A stretch of 58,657 bases of DNA, filler included, from Sphacelaria rigidula (taxonomy: Eukaryota): NCBI GenBank assembly GCA_964200075.2. It is 6 parts of 6 records of this genome, joined end to end, with 100 filler letters (N's around TTAATTAATTAA, not from the genome) between each part and the next. Parts side by side here need not be neighbours in the genome. Positions count along the whole stretch, not along the records: positions 19,590 to 29,282 come from CAXNAA020007951.1; positions 29,383 to 39,074 come from CAXNAA020007952.1; 4 more parts are not named here. One strand, 5' to 3'. The stretch's first letter is position 1; every line of letters begins with the position of its first letter. A model generated the notes under the pieces. The model did no database searches and was not told the origin of the DNA. It saw only the letters and a list, made by a program, of their open reading frames with translations. Made by a program: the position numbers and the translations under genes. Below are positions 24,601-36,302 of this stretch, in pieces.

Positions 24601-27341
24601 GTGGGCGGGACTGCACCCTTGCAAGAAGAGTATATCTAACTTGTTCCTGGTTTCCTGCCGAATGGTACGGGCAAATACGAGCTTCAAGATGGGCCGCACA
24701 CTTCCCACTAACAATCCTATGTTCCTGTGTGCTACTTATCGCCAATATCGTTGATGAGTGTGCTTAACGTGGAGAACCCTTACGATGAACAAAATCATCC
24801 CGCGGAAATAGAATGGAGATCGTACCACACCAAGCGATCCCAGACCTTACACATGCGTGAAACTGAACGAACCAAACAAAATTGAATGCGTCCGCAACAC
24901 AGATGTTTTCTGCGGCGGAACTTGCGGGCCAGGCGGCCGTCGCACGCCTGACCCCTGAGGAACAAGAAGTCGAGGAGTGCTGCGGTCACACGAGCGCCAA
25001 CAAAGAGGCGGCCGAGGCTGCAGCAGCGGCCACACGATCTGGAAATGCAACATCGCAGTCGGCGCGTGCACCCGAAGAGTTTGAGGGGCTGGAGGCGGGG
25101 CATGTGTCGGACGCAACCCCCGATCTTCCTCGTCCCTGGAGCAGCAGCGGAGAGGCGAAGGCGGGCGATGTGGAGGAGATGACAGCGTCGCCAGATGATG
25201 CTGCGGCGCAGTCATTTGGTGACAATGCACAAGAGGGCGACGGCTGTCTACGCGAACTAAGCGGGGATGGAAATATCGTTTCGGATATATGTGAGGGGGG
25301 AGAATTGGCGAAGCCGTTAGCAGGAACAACAGCAATAGAGGCGGTAAAGCGAGAGGAGGTCGATAACGACATGCAGGGTATTGATGCTGCTACTCCGGCA
25401 GATGAAAGAGGCCAACTGCAAAAATGCCCCCAAATGGCGACAACAACGGGCTCAGGACAGGAGCGGCCAACATTGGTACCTGCTGATCCAGCGCGACGCC
25501 ACTCTGAGATTCCCGATGAGGGATCTTTGACGACAGTTCAGCTTTCCAGCACGAGCGAACGAATGGACGTGGATGGCGATGACGCGGACGATGAAACGGG
25601 CGCCGCGTTGTCTTCAGAAGTTGCGGTGGCGTCCGGTAGTGCAGCACCGGCAAACCCGCAAAAAATCTCGCGAACAACACCACCGCCACCTGTACAGCAA
25701 CCCCTTACCCGACCAACGGCGCCTACCACCGCAGGAATACCACAGCCCCTCGACGAACTCTTGGCGATGGGATTTCCAAGAGAGGATGCGGTGTTGGCGC
25801 TGTCGGCGACGGGAGGATCCATCCCAGACGCAGCTTATCGATTGTTAACTGCGCCAGCCGCGACAAATACATCAGGATCCCGGGGACAAACAACAGTGGG
25901 AGCGGAGATGGAAGTGGATGGAGTGTCTTACCCCGAGGGCGGCGGCAGAGGGCAGAAAGCTGAGGTGGTGCGGGTGTCGCGAGACGTGCGCCTTCATCGG
26001 GCGGCAGAGACCATTGCTGGGCACCGCGATGTAGTCGCCGCTATTCAGGTATATTTATTTGTGAGGGAGGAAGTGGGGGGGGTGGAGTCGAGAAAGATTT
26101 TGGTGTGGTAGACGTGCAGTAGAGCAGGTTCAAGCCTCCAGGCTTCCTTGGCCTAGCCGGACGGTTGCAGGAAGAAATGTTCCGCTAATTCGCGGTTTTC
26201 GGTGTTACCTAGGGTTCGTCGTGCAACTGTGTATGGCCCTCGTCATGAATATGACGTGATCGTAGCGCACCATTTTGTGCTGTTGCCTTTGCTTGTCGAT
26301 GGCCTCCACCTCGATCTGATGTACGATGCGGAAGTTGCCGGCGAAGTCACCCTGAAGTCCGCGTGCTTATTCTCCAACATCGCGGCCCTCTGTATCCTGT
26401 CGCACGGTCGGGTCGAGCTTGTTTCCGCACAAGTGGGCACTCGACGTGTTCAAGATGTGATATTTTTTCGTTGAAACCGTATACGGAGAAAGGACTTCGC
26501 TCCACCCAACCGTTCTGGTGACGAGGAGTATGCCACAAAATGTTCTACACCTCATGATTTTGAGGGTACTTGAAGCCCCATGAATTCGTCTCGGTGTCCT
26601 TTCGCCATTTTGGCGTTTGTATTCTTACTCCTCCTCTTTGGTCTCTCTTGCCGTGCTTCGCCGTGCGACGGTATCATCTGCAATACCGTAAAAATCAGTG
26701 CTTGAAAGTGTTAACAGGAATGTTCCGGAATCTGATGCAGCATCCGGGAGAGGAAAAGTTCCGCAGGATACGACGCTCCAATGGAAAGTTTAAGGTAACA
26801 CGAGAAGGAACGAAATCTGTGCGCATCTCCCCCCTCCTCCCCTCCCCCCGTACCCACCCCTGCGCCTTCCGAGGGATGTCGGTAAACGACTTTTGTATAT
26901 TGTCGCTGGTATTTTGGATTGTCACTGATATTTGGAGTTTCGCCCGTCAATTGAAAAAACCTCATGAAGCCCCTGTCCTCTCCCGGGAAAGAGCGATATT
27001 GCCACGAACAATGACAGCAAGTACCGTTGAAATGCACGTTACCGCTCCGTCTATTCCTGTCACTTCTCGCTGGAATTTCCATCTCTACTCGACCGTATGC
27101 TGGCGTCGTGCAAAAACCCTCTCTGAACACGGTACCTGTGTCCGCCACATTGTGCTTTGCCCATCAGGCGTCGGTGGCAACAATCCCCGGCGGCATCGAT
27201 GTTTTATTGGCTGCTGGCTTCGAGGAAAGAGGTGTTGACACTCTGGAGCTCGGTCGCCAGGATCCCGGTTTAATTTGGTTGGCCAAGAGTACTCTCGAGG
27301 CGTGTATCGAGAGGCTTGCGGTTAAAGGCGTAGACGTTTGA
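21603..27341 (+). CDS. WSS1: Wss1/WLM-family zinc metalloprotease with UBL-like N-terminus, UBA and PUB domains (5' exon(s) unresolved, ~20.9-21.3 kb)
   Basis: In-frame GT-AG exons 21603-21895, 22427-22580, 23154-23252, 23640-23729, 24335-24511, 24903-26048, 26699-26794 and 27168-27341. Motifs: ILRGKAL..DTL (UBL-like); LADDPGI..VL..HRWTVG.L.E, LGLN.N.G..I.LRLR and HELAHN..H (WLM); LLAMGF.R.DA..AL..TGG (UBA); N...HP.EEKFRRIR.SN..F..GG..VL..AGF (PUB). Confidence 0.92.
22835..23130. repeat. Repeat family B copy (inverted) in WLM gene intron
   Basis: Reverse complement of 7640-7935 and 5460-5750. Confidence 0.8.
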
Positions 27342-29282
27342 TGTTATCGTCAATTTGAGCAAACTCGGGTAGACTAGGTTAATGGTGTCGGCAACTCGGC
27401 TGCTAGCGCGTGTTCCCCGCGAGAGAAAGTATGTTTGTCCCCCCTCCCTCCGTTTGTGCCTCTTGTTGCCGTAGTTTTTTGTTGGCCCAGCTCCCGATGC
27501 TGTAAAACACCTGTACAGTGGATGTAGAGGAGATTGGGTTAGATAAAGGAATTACATGTCCGCTGTATATTTTCGGCGCTTTTTTCTCGTCGTTGTGGTC
27601 TTCCTGTCTGTCATACGGTCTGTGCGGATGTTTATACTATAATAGAGCAAACACATTTTTTGTACTTTTTTCCATGAACTTTGTAGACAGCTTACGCCGA
27701 TTGTGAACGAAAGCTGATTTTGTGGGACTCGTTCCATGCTCCCGCCTGCGGTGTATGCTGCTCGGGCACGTTTCGCGTCCATTGTAGAGTATGGCTGCCC
27801 TAGCTGATTCAGTCCGTCCTGTTTCGTGTGTCGACTTGCCTTTCCCGTACTTGCGGTAGAATATTGAAAACGCCCTCTTGCTGTACTTTCTTGCTGTACT
27901 TTCGTGACGGCCAGGAGTAGGTCGGATAAGTCGTCGATGTAGATGTCTCCATGTGACTGGTCGTGTTGTGCGGTGTGCAGTGTTATCTCCCCGTTTGTGT
28001 CTGATAGTCTCCTACTGGATGTCTGTATCGTACCTCAGTCCTCCATTCCTCCCATGCAACGTGAGTAGTCGTCGCTGCTGCTGTACGCGGCCGTCGATTC
28101 CCACCAAAGTCGATATGTTCCTTCCCGTGTTTAGTCATCTGGTTTACTACAGAGAACAGAACAAAAGAGTACAAAGTGTCGTGTGTGGAGACGTCCATGA
28201 GATGGCTGAGCGTCGTGCTCAATCCGTTATGCGCAGAGGTTGCTTCCTTCAATCGTCCGTTGGTGTCTCTCTCGTCGTGGTGTCATGATCACATTTTAGG
28301 GGTAAGATGGGCGGTGAGCTTGAACCCCCGTGAACCGGTTGGCGAATTACTCCCCTTTTCCCCGTGAAGGTTTGAATTTACGTTGTTTCCCTGTATTTTC
28401 GATTCGTATCTGGTCGCCGCCCCGCCGCTACCGCCACTACCACTATCATATGAAACATTAGAGAGTTTCAACATTGAGATAGAGTCTGTGGGAAAAGCGC
28501 GTTTCTCCGGTGGATTTGCTCCGAAGTACCGAAAATTGACCCCTGAAGAAGCGAAGACACAGTGAATCTTGTAGGCTGCTTTCGTAGCTTAGGTGAGATG
28601 AAGGCTGCCCATAGCTAGCAACCTGCCACCGAAAGCACCTCGGAGGCCACCGTAACGGTTAGCATCTCGTCTCTCCCTGCGGGGTGATGGTGGTCCCTGC
28701 GGGGTGATGGTGGTATAGCACCCGCAAATGGTTGTGGTCTTCACGCCAAGTGTTACGGGAAGTGGTTTATCTGTGTCGGGAGTATTTAAGTAACGGTTTC
28801 GCTAGGTTGAGTGACGAATATTTGATTTGATGGAGGCTTTTGGTAGGAAAAGTTGTTTTACTATGTTTCATTGGTGCATCAAACACTGAAATGTCTGAAT
28901 GTCACATGCAAATGGTGTCGATTCAATAGATCACCCACGGTCAAAGGGTCAACACGAGTGACGTTGAGGAACAGATCTGAATTTGGAGTCGCTAGCTACA
29001 CGAGTATTTTAATACCACGTTACGTGTTGTTCAACTGGCATTATAAAAAATGAAGCGATGATACCAGCCATCGGGACATTTCTCTCGTTAATGCATCGTT
29101 GTACATCGAGCAGGTTCCGATTATACGCCGCACATCATAGCATGCATTCCAACATTATTTTCCCCCTTGATACGTTGCGTGCGAGTGTAGGGTATATTGA
29201 CCTACCGCGTTTTATCAGGATGGTATTTTGGTAATGTGTCTGGTAAGGAATAGCAGGGACGGTAGTGGAAAGGCGAGCCTAC

Positions 29283-29382
29283 NNNNNNNNNNNNNNNNNN
29301 NNNNNNNNNNNNNNNNNNNNNNNNNNTTAATTAATTAANNNNNNNNNNNNNNNNNNNNNNNNNNNNNNNNNNNNNNNNNNNN
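29283..29382. other. Artificial contig-joining linker
   Basis: N44-TTAATTAATTAA-N44. Confidence 0.98.
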
Positions 29383-29654
29383 CTATTTTAATCGACGGGA
29401 TTAACTGGTCCAATTTACAGCCCTGGGTCTTCTAGTATCACGTGGTTTATCCGGTTTCCCCCCGTCTCGAAAGGGAGGCGTGGTCAATGGTCAAATGACT
29501 ACGGCAAGCAACAAATGAGTACGCCCCCCCCCCGCCATCAACCATATTCGCGTTGTTGGATAATCTTGTACTTGGTTTTGGTTACCATCAAACCCGTTGT
29601 GGGCAACCGTCGAACGTAACCGTCTTATCCAAGGCGTCGCCCATAGACATGTTA

Positions 29655-29962
29655 TTCATTTCTTTTATTTTTGATGTTTTCAATCGTTCCCCTTCCTCGG
29701 ACGGGTACGAGTTGTGGTCTCGAGGGATGATCCCATCTCTCCCCCGGGACACGCCCTACGGTACGGGCTTTGTCAGCACTACTCTAGGACGGCGTCGACT
29801 CACGGCAAATGACCTCTTTTTTGCTACTCACGCTCTCACGTTTCAACGACGGGCGTGAAGTATACTAGCCAGAAAAACAATAGATGCATCCGCCGGGAAC
29901 CGAATCGGCCTTGTTCCGACCTAACGGCGCATAGATGCACCACTATACCACCGCGGCGCACG
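29655..29962 (-). mobile_element. tRNA-derived SINE, divergent subfamily
   Basis: Minus strand GGTGGTATAGTGG (A box) and GATTCGGTTCCC (B box-like); body AAACGTGAGAGCGTGAGTAGC...GAGACCAC shared with the 10441 copy. Confidence 0.7.
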
Positions 29963-30047
29963 CGCGCTAAGAAGAGAAGGTACTTGGTGTGTTCTCAGTG
30001 CGGCGTCGTTCGTTGGTTGTGGTGGGGATGAGATGTAGTACTGCTAG

Positions 30048-33000
30048 AGCCCCTGTGATGGCTTGTCCCGACGGTGGGTTGAGAACGCGTCGCCCTGGCC
30101 TGACGAGTTTCGGTGAATTTTCCGCCCTGCTGTATGCAACATGCTTGATTTTGGTGACGAGTCGCGCCATGTCTGCCCTAAGCAGAGAGTGTCAGGAATT
30201 TTGATCAGTGTGGCATGCATTAGACGTGAACAAAATATAATTTGCGCGGTATAGCAAAAGATGGGGTGATCCCTTCAGACCACGAGATCGTCCCGAGGAA
30301 ATCGAGAAGTTGGAGTTGAGAACATGAAAATTATGTTATTTTTTGTTTTCCTACGCTGCGGAGCTCTGTTGTAGTGCACCTCATTACTGAAAAGGAATTA
30401 TATGTTCCGAGGTATTACAGGGTGCAGTTGTCAACCTCATGGCATAGGCCTTCAATATCATCATGCAGGCAAGTTCAAGTGATCGTCATTCACCCGCGCA
30501 CCGAAACGCCGGACACTCGACGTCTCTCGTCGTCTCCCTATGGATTGCCGAGCTTCTGATGTGGCGGCGTTTATCGCTGTGTTTTCGTCTAGTATCGCTG
30601 CGTGGTGCGCAATAGATTCTCATTCTCTGAGCTTACGGACATTGTTTTTCACTTCGTGTGCAGCCAACCACTGGTTTCATGTGGCGGAGTGCTTTACCGG
30701 TCTGCGGGCGGGATTGGAGGCAGCAGGAACTATCAAGGGCGGAAACGACACGGTCTACCTGCAGGTTCGTTCGCTGTTGCTGTGGTGTATGTGGGTTCCG
30801 CTTTCAAAACATATGACTTCATCATGAAAGAGCGAGAAGTGACCTTGTTCTTGTTGTTCCTCACATCAGACTTTTCCCAGAAATCTAGCTCCCGCGGTCA
30901 CGCAGCCATGGCACCAAATAAATAACACGAGGAAAAAGAATAGATACGCCCACGCACAGGAAAACACGGCATCCCGAAGGGCGGGATTCTACAACCACGT
31001 ACGTCAAGGGAGGAAATACGAAAATGTATGTACGGCTCAAAATAATGAACTAGTATTGAGAACAAATCGCGACATAAGAGGCCAGAGAGCCAAAATAGGG
31101 AAACTGTATAAATCGGGAAACCGAACAAGTCAGAACAGGGCAAGGTACGCCAAGACGAGGCAATGGTTCAGGCATCGCGATGTGGCATCGTTTCGAAACT
31201 GCCGCGCGACCGCGAAGAACGCACCCACGTACATTACAAACACGACTTTTTTGCCAGTAAACGAGTGCCGTACGCTCTTATCCTTCACGCTTGTGCTATT
31301 TTGGCCATGGTACACTGCGCGAATGTTGAACCTCTCACTTCCTTGATTGATTGTCGCGATTGTGTAATGTGTCGTTTTGAGCGGGCAGGCGAGAAGTGTT
31401 TCTAACAGAGAGAACGGCCGTTGCACAACCCCCGAACATTTTGGTATTCTAGCAATTCTCCTCGAGAACAAAAGGATTTATCTCGCCGCGGTCTATTTGC
31501 TTGGGTGTAAGCACCTCGACCTCCTACTCCTGCGTTACGTCACGCTGCCGGAATGGGCGTTGGCTACCATACGGGGGGAGGAAGTATACCCTGTTTTGAA
31601 GGGGAAACTCTTTACAGATGAACGTCACTGAAATTGAGGAATCCTCTCCGTCCCGACCGGTGCGAGATATAAGCGTGCTGGGAGTTCGTCCTCTCGTTGT
31701 CCCTTTCCATTTATTTCCTTCCTCCTCCTGTTTTTCTCTCTGCACTTTTACTCTTTTTTCCTTCTCCTCCGTTCATTTCTCCCCTTTTTTGAGTTTCTTC
31801 AACGAGCTCTGCTGATTGTTTCTCTTAGGGTTCGTCTATCTATCGACCACAGCTGGATTCCTAGCGGATCATTTCATGTTGATATGCGAAAACCAATTGA
31901 TTACTTTTTGATCAATCCAAAAATAGGCTCTTTCAGTTCGACGCAGGATGTCTACGCGGGGATGCTCGCAAGCGTGACCCCACCGGAGTATTGCCCTGTT
32001 TGGGGAAAAATCTTGAACAGATGCCAAGGTTCACTACAAAACGCACGTATTCTTGCACAGTTGGGTTTCGGCATGTAAATACAGTAGAATATGCGAGTTT
32101 GGGAGCGCTCGCTGCACTCCTTCTCGGCTACCGATCAGTGCTGTTCGCCACCCCAACTGTACACAGTAGATATACTGGTGAGAACATGTGTTGTCTGCTC
32201 TGTCTGTTCCCTGAGTAATCGACTTGTGTTCAGCACAAATAACCCAGTGCGAACGCTCGCGGAGGTGGCTTTTATCGAAAGTGCGCGGCAAACAACCTGC
32301 ACAACATTATTTCGCAACGTTCGGGTTGACCCACATTTGCCGCCTTGGTCATATCGCTGTCATTGCTCGTGCAAGCTTGATCAGCTTGTACCACCAGCTC
32401 GCCACCTTTCCACAGGAGTTAACAGCTCGTAATGAAAGAGGAAAAAAATCTGGACCATCTACTCTAGAGGTCCGTGAACCCGTCGAAAAACCCTGCTACA
32501 TTTTTATCTGCACCTTGTATCCTGGCTTGTACGGGGGTGTACCACCCCACAATACCAGGGGCAATGTGTTGAAACGAATAGGGACCAAATGGAGTCACGA
32601 GCACTTTCGGGCAGTTACAGATGATCTCATCCTAGCATCTGCGCATGACTGATTACCTCTACACAGTTTTAATCAAGCTGCATTTCTCCCAGTCGATTAT
32701 TTCGTTGCTGTCGCTATTAATAGGTGAATATTGCAATACATTTGTCTCTCGTCCGCCGTTTCATGCCGTTTTTTTGTGCTGCTTTTCGAAGGTTCTGGAT
32801 CCTGAGTGGATGACCGGCTTAACGCCCATGACTCGCCTCTTCATGACAGCCGGGCTCGCGAGCACGGGTGCTGAGATCCACTTCGTCGACACACATCGGG
32901 CCTCTTTCGAGCTCCCAGAGCACGCAACACACAGTCCATCCACAGAACGTGGCGCCAAAAAATCACTGACGTCACCAGGCCAGCCACGCCCAGGTCAAGT

Positions 33001-35150
33001 TGGCGTTCTGCGATTCGGAGATCCAGGAATAGGCGAGGAATTCGTCATGTCGACAGACCAACCATTACCGGATCGGTTGACGGTTTCAGCGGGGTCTTCG
33101 CCATCGCATAGCAGGGTGGGAATGGGGCGAGGAAGGGAGACAGAGGGAGGATTGAGAGGTGATCAGGCTAGCGTGCAGTCGAACCATGGGGCGACCATGG
33201 ATGAACAAGAGGCGCGGCCTGTTTGTGTGAAGTATCTGGGGACGGTGGGCATGCAGGGCGTGCACCGGGAGGATTGGTTTCCGACCAAGGATGATGCGTT
33301 GTCCATGCGAGTGGCCATAGATGCATATTGTCCGATATCATGGTTGAGGGATGGGGGGAGGAACCGGCAAATGTCTGCAGGGGAAAGGCGGTACGGGCAG
33401 CGAAGACGTACGGAAGAGAGCAGGAACAGACGCTTGCTCATCTATCAACGAGATAAAAATCGCGTCGTGGTTGAAGTCGAAAAGGTTCGTTTCAGCCTAG
33501 TCCTAACGAATGATACCAAATCGTGCTTCGGGTGTTTCTACTCACCTCTTCTAAGCCCAGGTCATCGCGCTGCTAAAATCCCATTAATTACATCTGTATT
33601 GTGTCTTGTCGTTTTTCCCGGTATGATTGCTCATCATAACCAAGGTTTAACTTTCGAACGGCGACGAGTTGGTTGTCGAAGCAGGTATCATTTTCCCTCC
33701 TTTTTTCCCCCCTTCCCTTAGTGTCAAGACAAGCATCCTGAAAATATCAGGACTGTCGAGCAATCACCCTTGTCAAAGTTGGTGTTTGTACCAAATCGTC
33801 CCCGAACTGCCGCCAACAGGCAGTACTTGGTGTGTGGTGTACTCGCATAGTGCGGGATCATGGAAGTTCTCAAGTGGCCAGTAAGCACGCGGGGCGCAAG
33901 TTTCGGTGGTTTGTACCGTTTTGGGGAACCTACCGTTTTTATATGACTTGCTGCTGTGCATGCTGCTCGCCTCTCAGACACGTTTCGATTTTTTTGCTTC
34001 TCTGGTGGCGCCCAGCAGTGAGGCTTGCGGTTTGAGATGCCCCCCAAAAATCTCCCTCCTTCATTTTGGGGCAATGCCCCAACTGCGAGGGGCATATGGT
34101 GGGATGCACCAGTGTACTTACAGCATACTTTTTCCCGTGGGGCTGCGGCGTGCGTTGACGGCATTACGCATACCCAAGGGAATGTGGCGGACAGCTACAC
34201 CGCCATGGTAATTGCACCTGCGAAGCAAAGATTCACGTGGCGGTTATTCGCCGCAACTGCTGCGCGTCTCATGTAAACACGTCTTGTTCTTCTCTCCCCT
34301 TTAGGTCGCTGCTGAACTGGGCGAGAAGTTGGGGGAAGAGGGGTGGACCGTGGAGATTATGGTTCACGATCACGACAGACACCCGTGTGAAGTTATCGAA
34401 AAGTTAGCGGGCGTCGATGTGCTCGTTACGGCGCACGGCTTCCAGGTGAGACTGTGCTCGTAGACTGAGGGGTGAGTGGTGTGCGTAGCCGAGAGAATAT
34501 CGATGTTGTGCCAGGATTCATCTGGGTAACGGGGGATTGCGCATAGCTGGGAGGGGGGCGTGTACAAGGAAGTTTGCGGTACAGTCGTGATACTCCACGC
34601 TGATGAAAGAGATACTCCTGTGCTAAATCCAGCATGCGTGTCTTTTTTTTCGCGTGACCGTGCTGTGCGCATGGTCAGAATGGCAAATTGATAGCGGCCA
34701 CGCGGAACGATTTTACAGTTATGTTCAGTCCTCCCCCAATCGACATCTTGACCCGGCGTCTCTCCTCTCGCCCCTTACTCCACCCGTCGTTACCTCGCCC
34801 TGCCCCAAACAAAAATAACATACTAGTCCATGCTGGCCCTTTTCATGCGACCGGGGTCGTTGATATTCGAGGTCTTCCCGCACAAGTACTTCAAGGCAGG
34901 CTACGCGCCCATGGCCGAGGGATTAGGTGTGCGCCACGCATACTCCGAGAGTAGATCTCGGATGTGGTTCTTGGGATACAACCATCCCAGCACGAGCACG
35001 TGCATGAACTGGTATTGGTGTCGATGGTACGCCCGTCAATCCAACGTGGAGGTGGACGCTGAAACCTTCGAGCGCATTGTTGCGCTAGCCCTCGAAACAC
35101 GACCGTGGGGCGAAAGTGGGAACTCAAGGAGGAGACTTGGGCAATGGTGA
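30048..35150 (+). CDS. Glycosyltransferase family 61-like protein (5' end missing)
   Basis: Exons 30048-30112 (tentative), 30664-30764 (ANHWFHVAE), 32792-33484 (..LLIYQRDKNR..), 34305-34445 (DVLVTAHGFQ) and 34827-35150 (SMLALFMRPGSLIFEVFP..stop). Matches the GT61 D.LV..HG....LFM.PGS...E.FP signature. Confidence 0.85.
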
Positions 35151-36221
35151 CAGTGATGGACGGCTATCAGGGTGTTGGGGGGTGGAAGGGGAGACAGCCA
35201 ATTGCGCTGCATGCGTTTTCCTTCCCGGTGGTGATGTGATATTTAACGTTATTTAATTGCGCCGACCTGGTGCGTTTCGTGTCTTCTCCTTGTGTGCCTT
35301 GTCGAGCAGTGTCAATTGGTGGGAACCGTCGGTGGGGGTCACTAGTGTTTCGGCCCTTGCCATGACTGGTATGTGTTGCGTGGTGTCTAGAAGCTACAGT
35401 CTGTGAAAGGGTGGAGGTTGGCAGAGGTGCACAACGATCTTTCCTCGTTTGTGGTCCATCATTTCCTCCGGAGCTTGTTGTGCCCGACTTGTGATCGTCC
35501 CTCGTAGGCCTTGTACCGAATGTAATGAACTTCGAATGCGGTAAGATCACCCTGCGGACAACTTCCTGATACCTTGTGTGTTGGGTGCCTCTTGTCGTTC
35601 GCAGTAGGCTTGGACATCGATTCTTCCTCGGCAGAATAATTACTGCCGAAATATGTGATCGCTCAGTTGGTGTAAGTAGATGCGACGGACCGCCGACTCC
35701 AACAACCTCTCTGTATTTTTATGCCGTACTAGCAATGAGGGGGGGCGAGCAGCGTCAACACCAGTGAAAGTGTACTACGTCATGTCTGCTTGCTCAATTT
35801 AAGGCACGTTTGATGCGATTTTTGCCTTCAATATCTGCAAGTCACGCGTCTGTTTTTCGAGAGAGAAATGAATACATGTAGTGCACTCTCCTGCCGTACT
35901 AACAGTGAGGGGTGGGGGGGGGGGGTGGGGGGATGAGCAGCGTGAATACAAGTGTAAGTGTATGACGTTCCTGCTTGCTCAATTTACCATGCGTTTGATT
36001 CGACAATTGCCGTCGACATCTGCGAATCACGCGTGGGTTGTTCGAGGTAGAATTGAGGACATGTAGCCGTAAAAAGTGAACCCGACATATTTTCCTACTC
36101 ATCTCGCGTTTACGAGGAGTTGTGTGATTTGTGTCATTCTTGGAAGTGAGATAGAGTAGGGATTTTCTGCTCGCCGGTGTGTTCGCCGTGCATAACTCAC
36201 AAAATAAGTGTTGTGAAACGA

Positions 36222-36302
36222 TAAATAGTTAGTGCCTCCCTTTGTTATGTTTTCCTCTATTTAAATAGTTAGTGCCTCCCTTTGTTATGTTTTCCTCTAT
36301 TT
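36222..36302. repeat. Perfect 40-bp tandem duplication
   Basis: TAAATAGTTAGTGCCTCCCTTTGTTATGTTTTCCTCTATT x2. Confidence 0.9.

Noticed and set aside
28383-28565. Possible upstream exon of the GT61 gene
   Set aside because: It lies on a different contig across an artificial linker, with no recognisable motif or clear acceptor.
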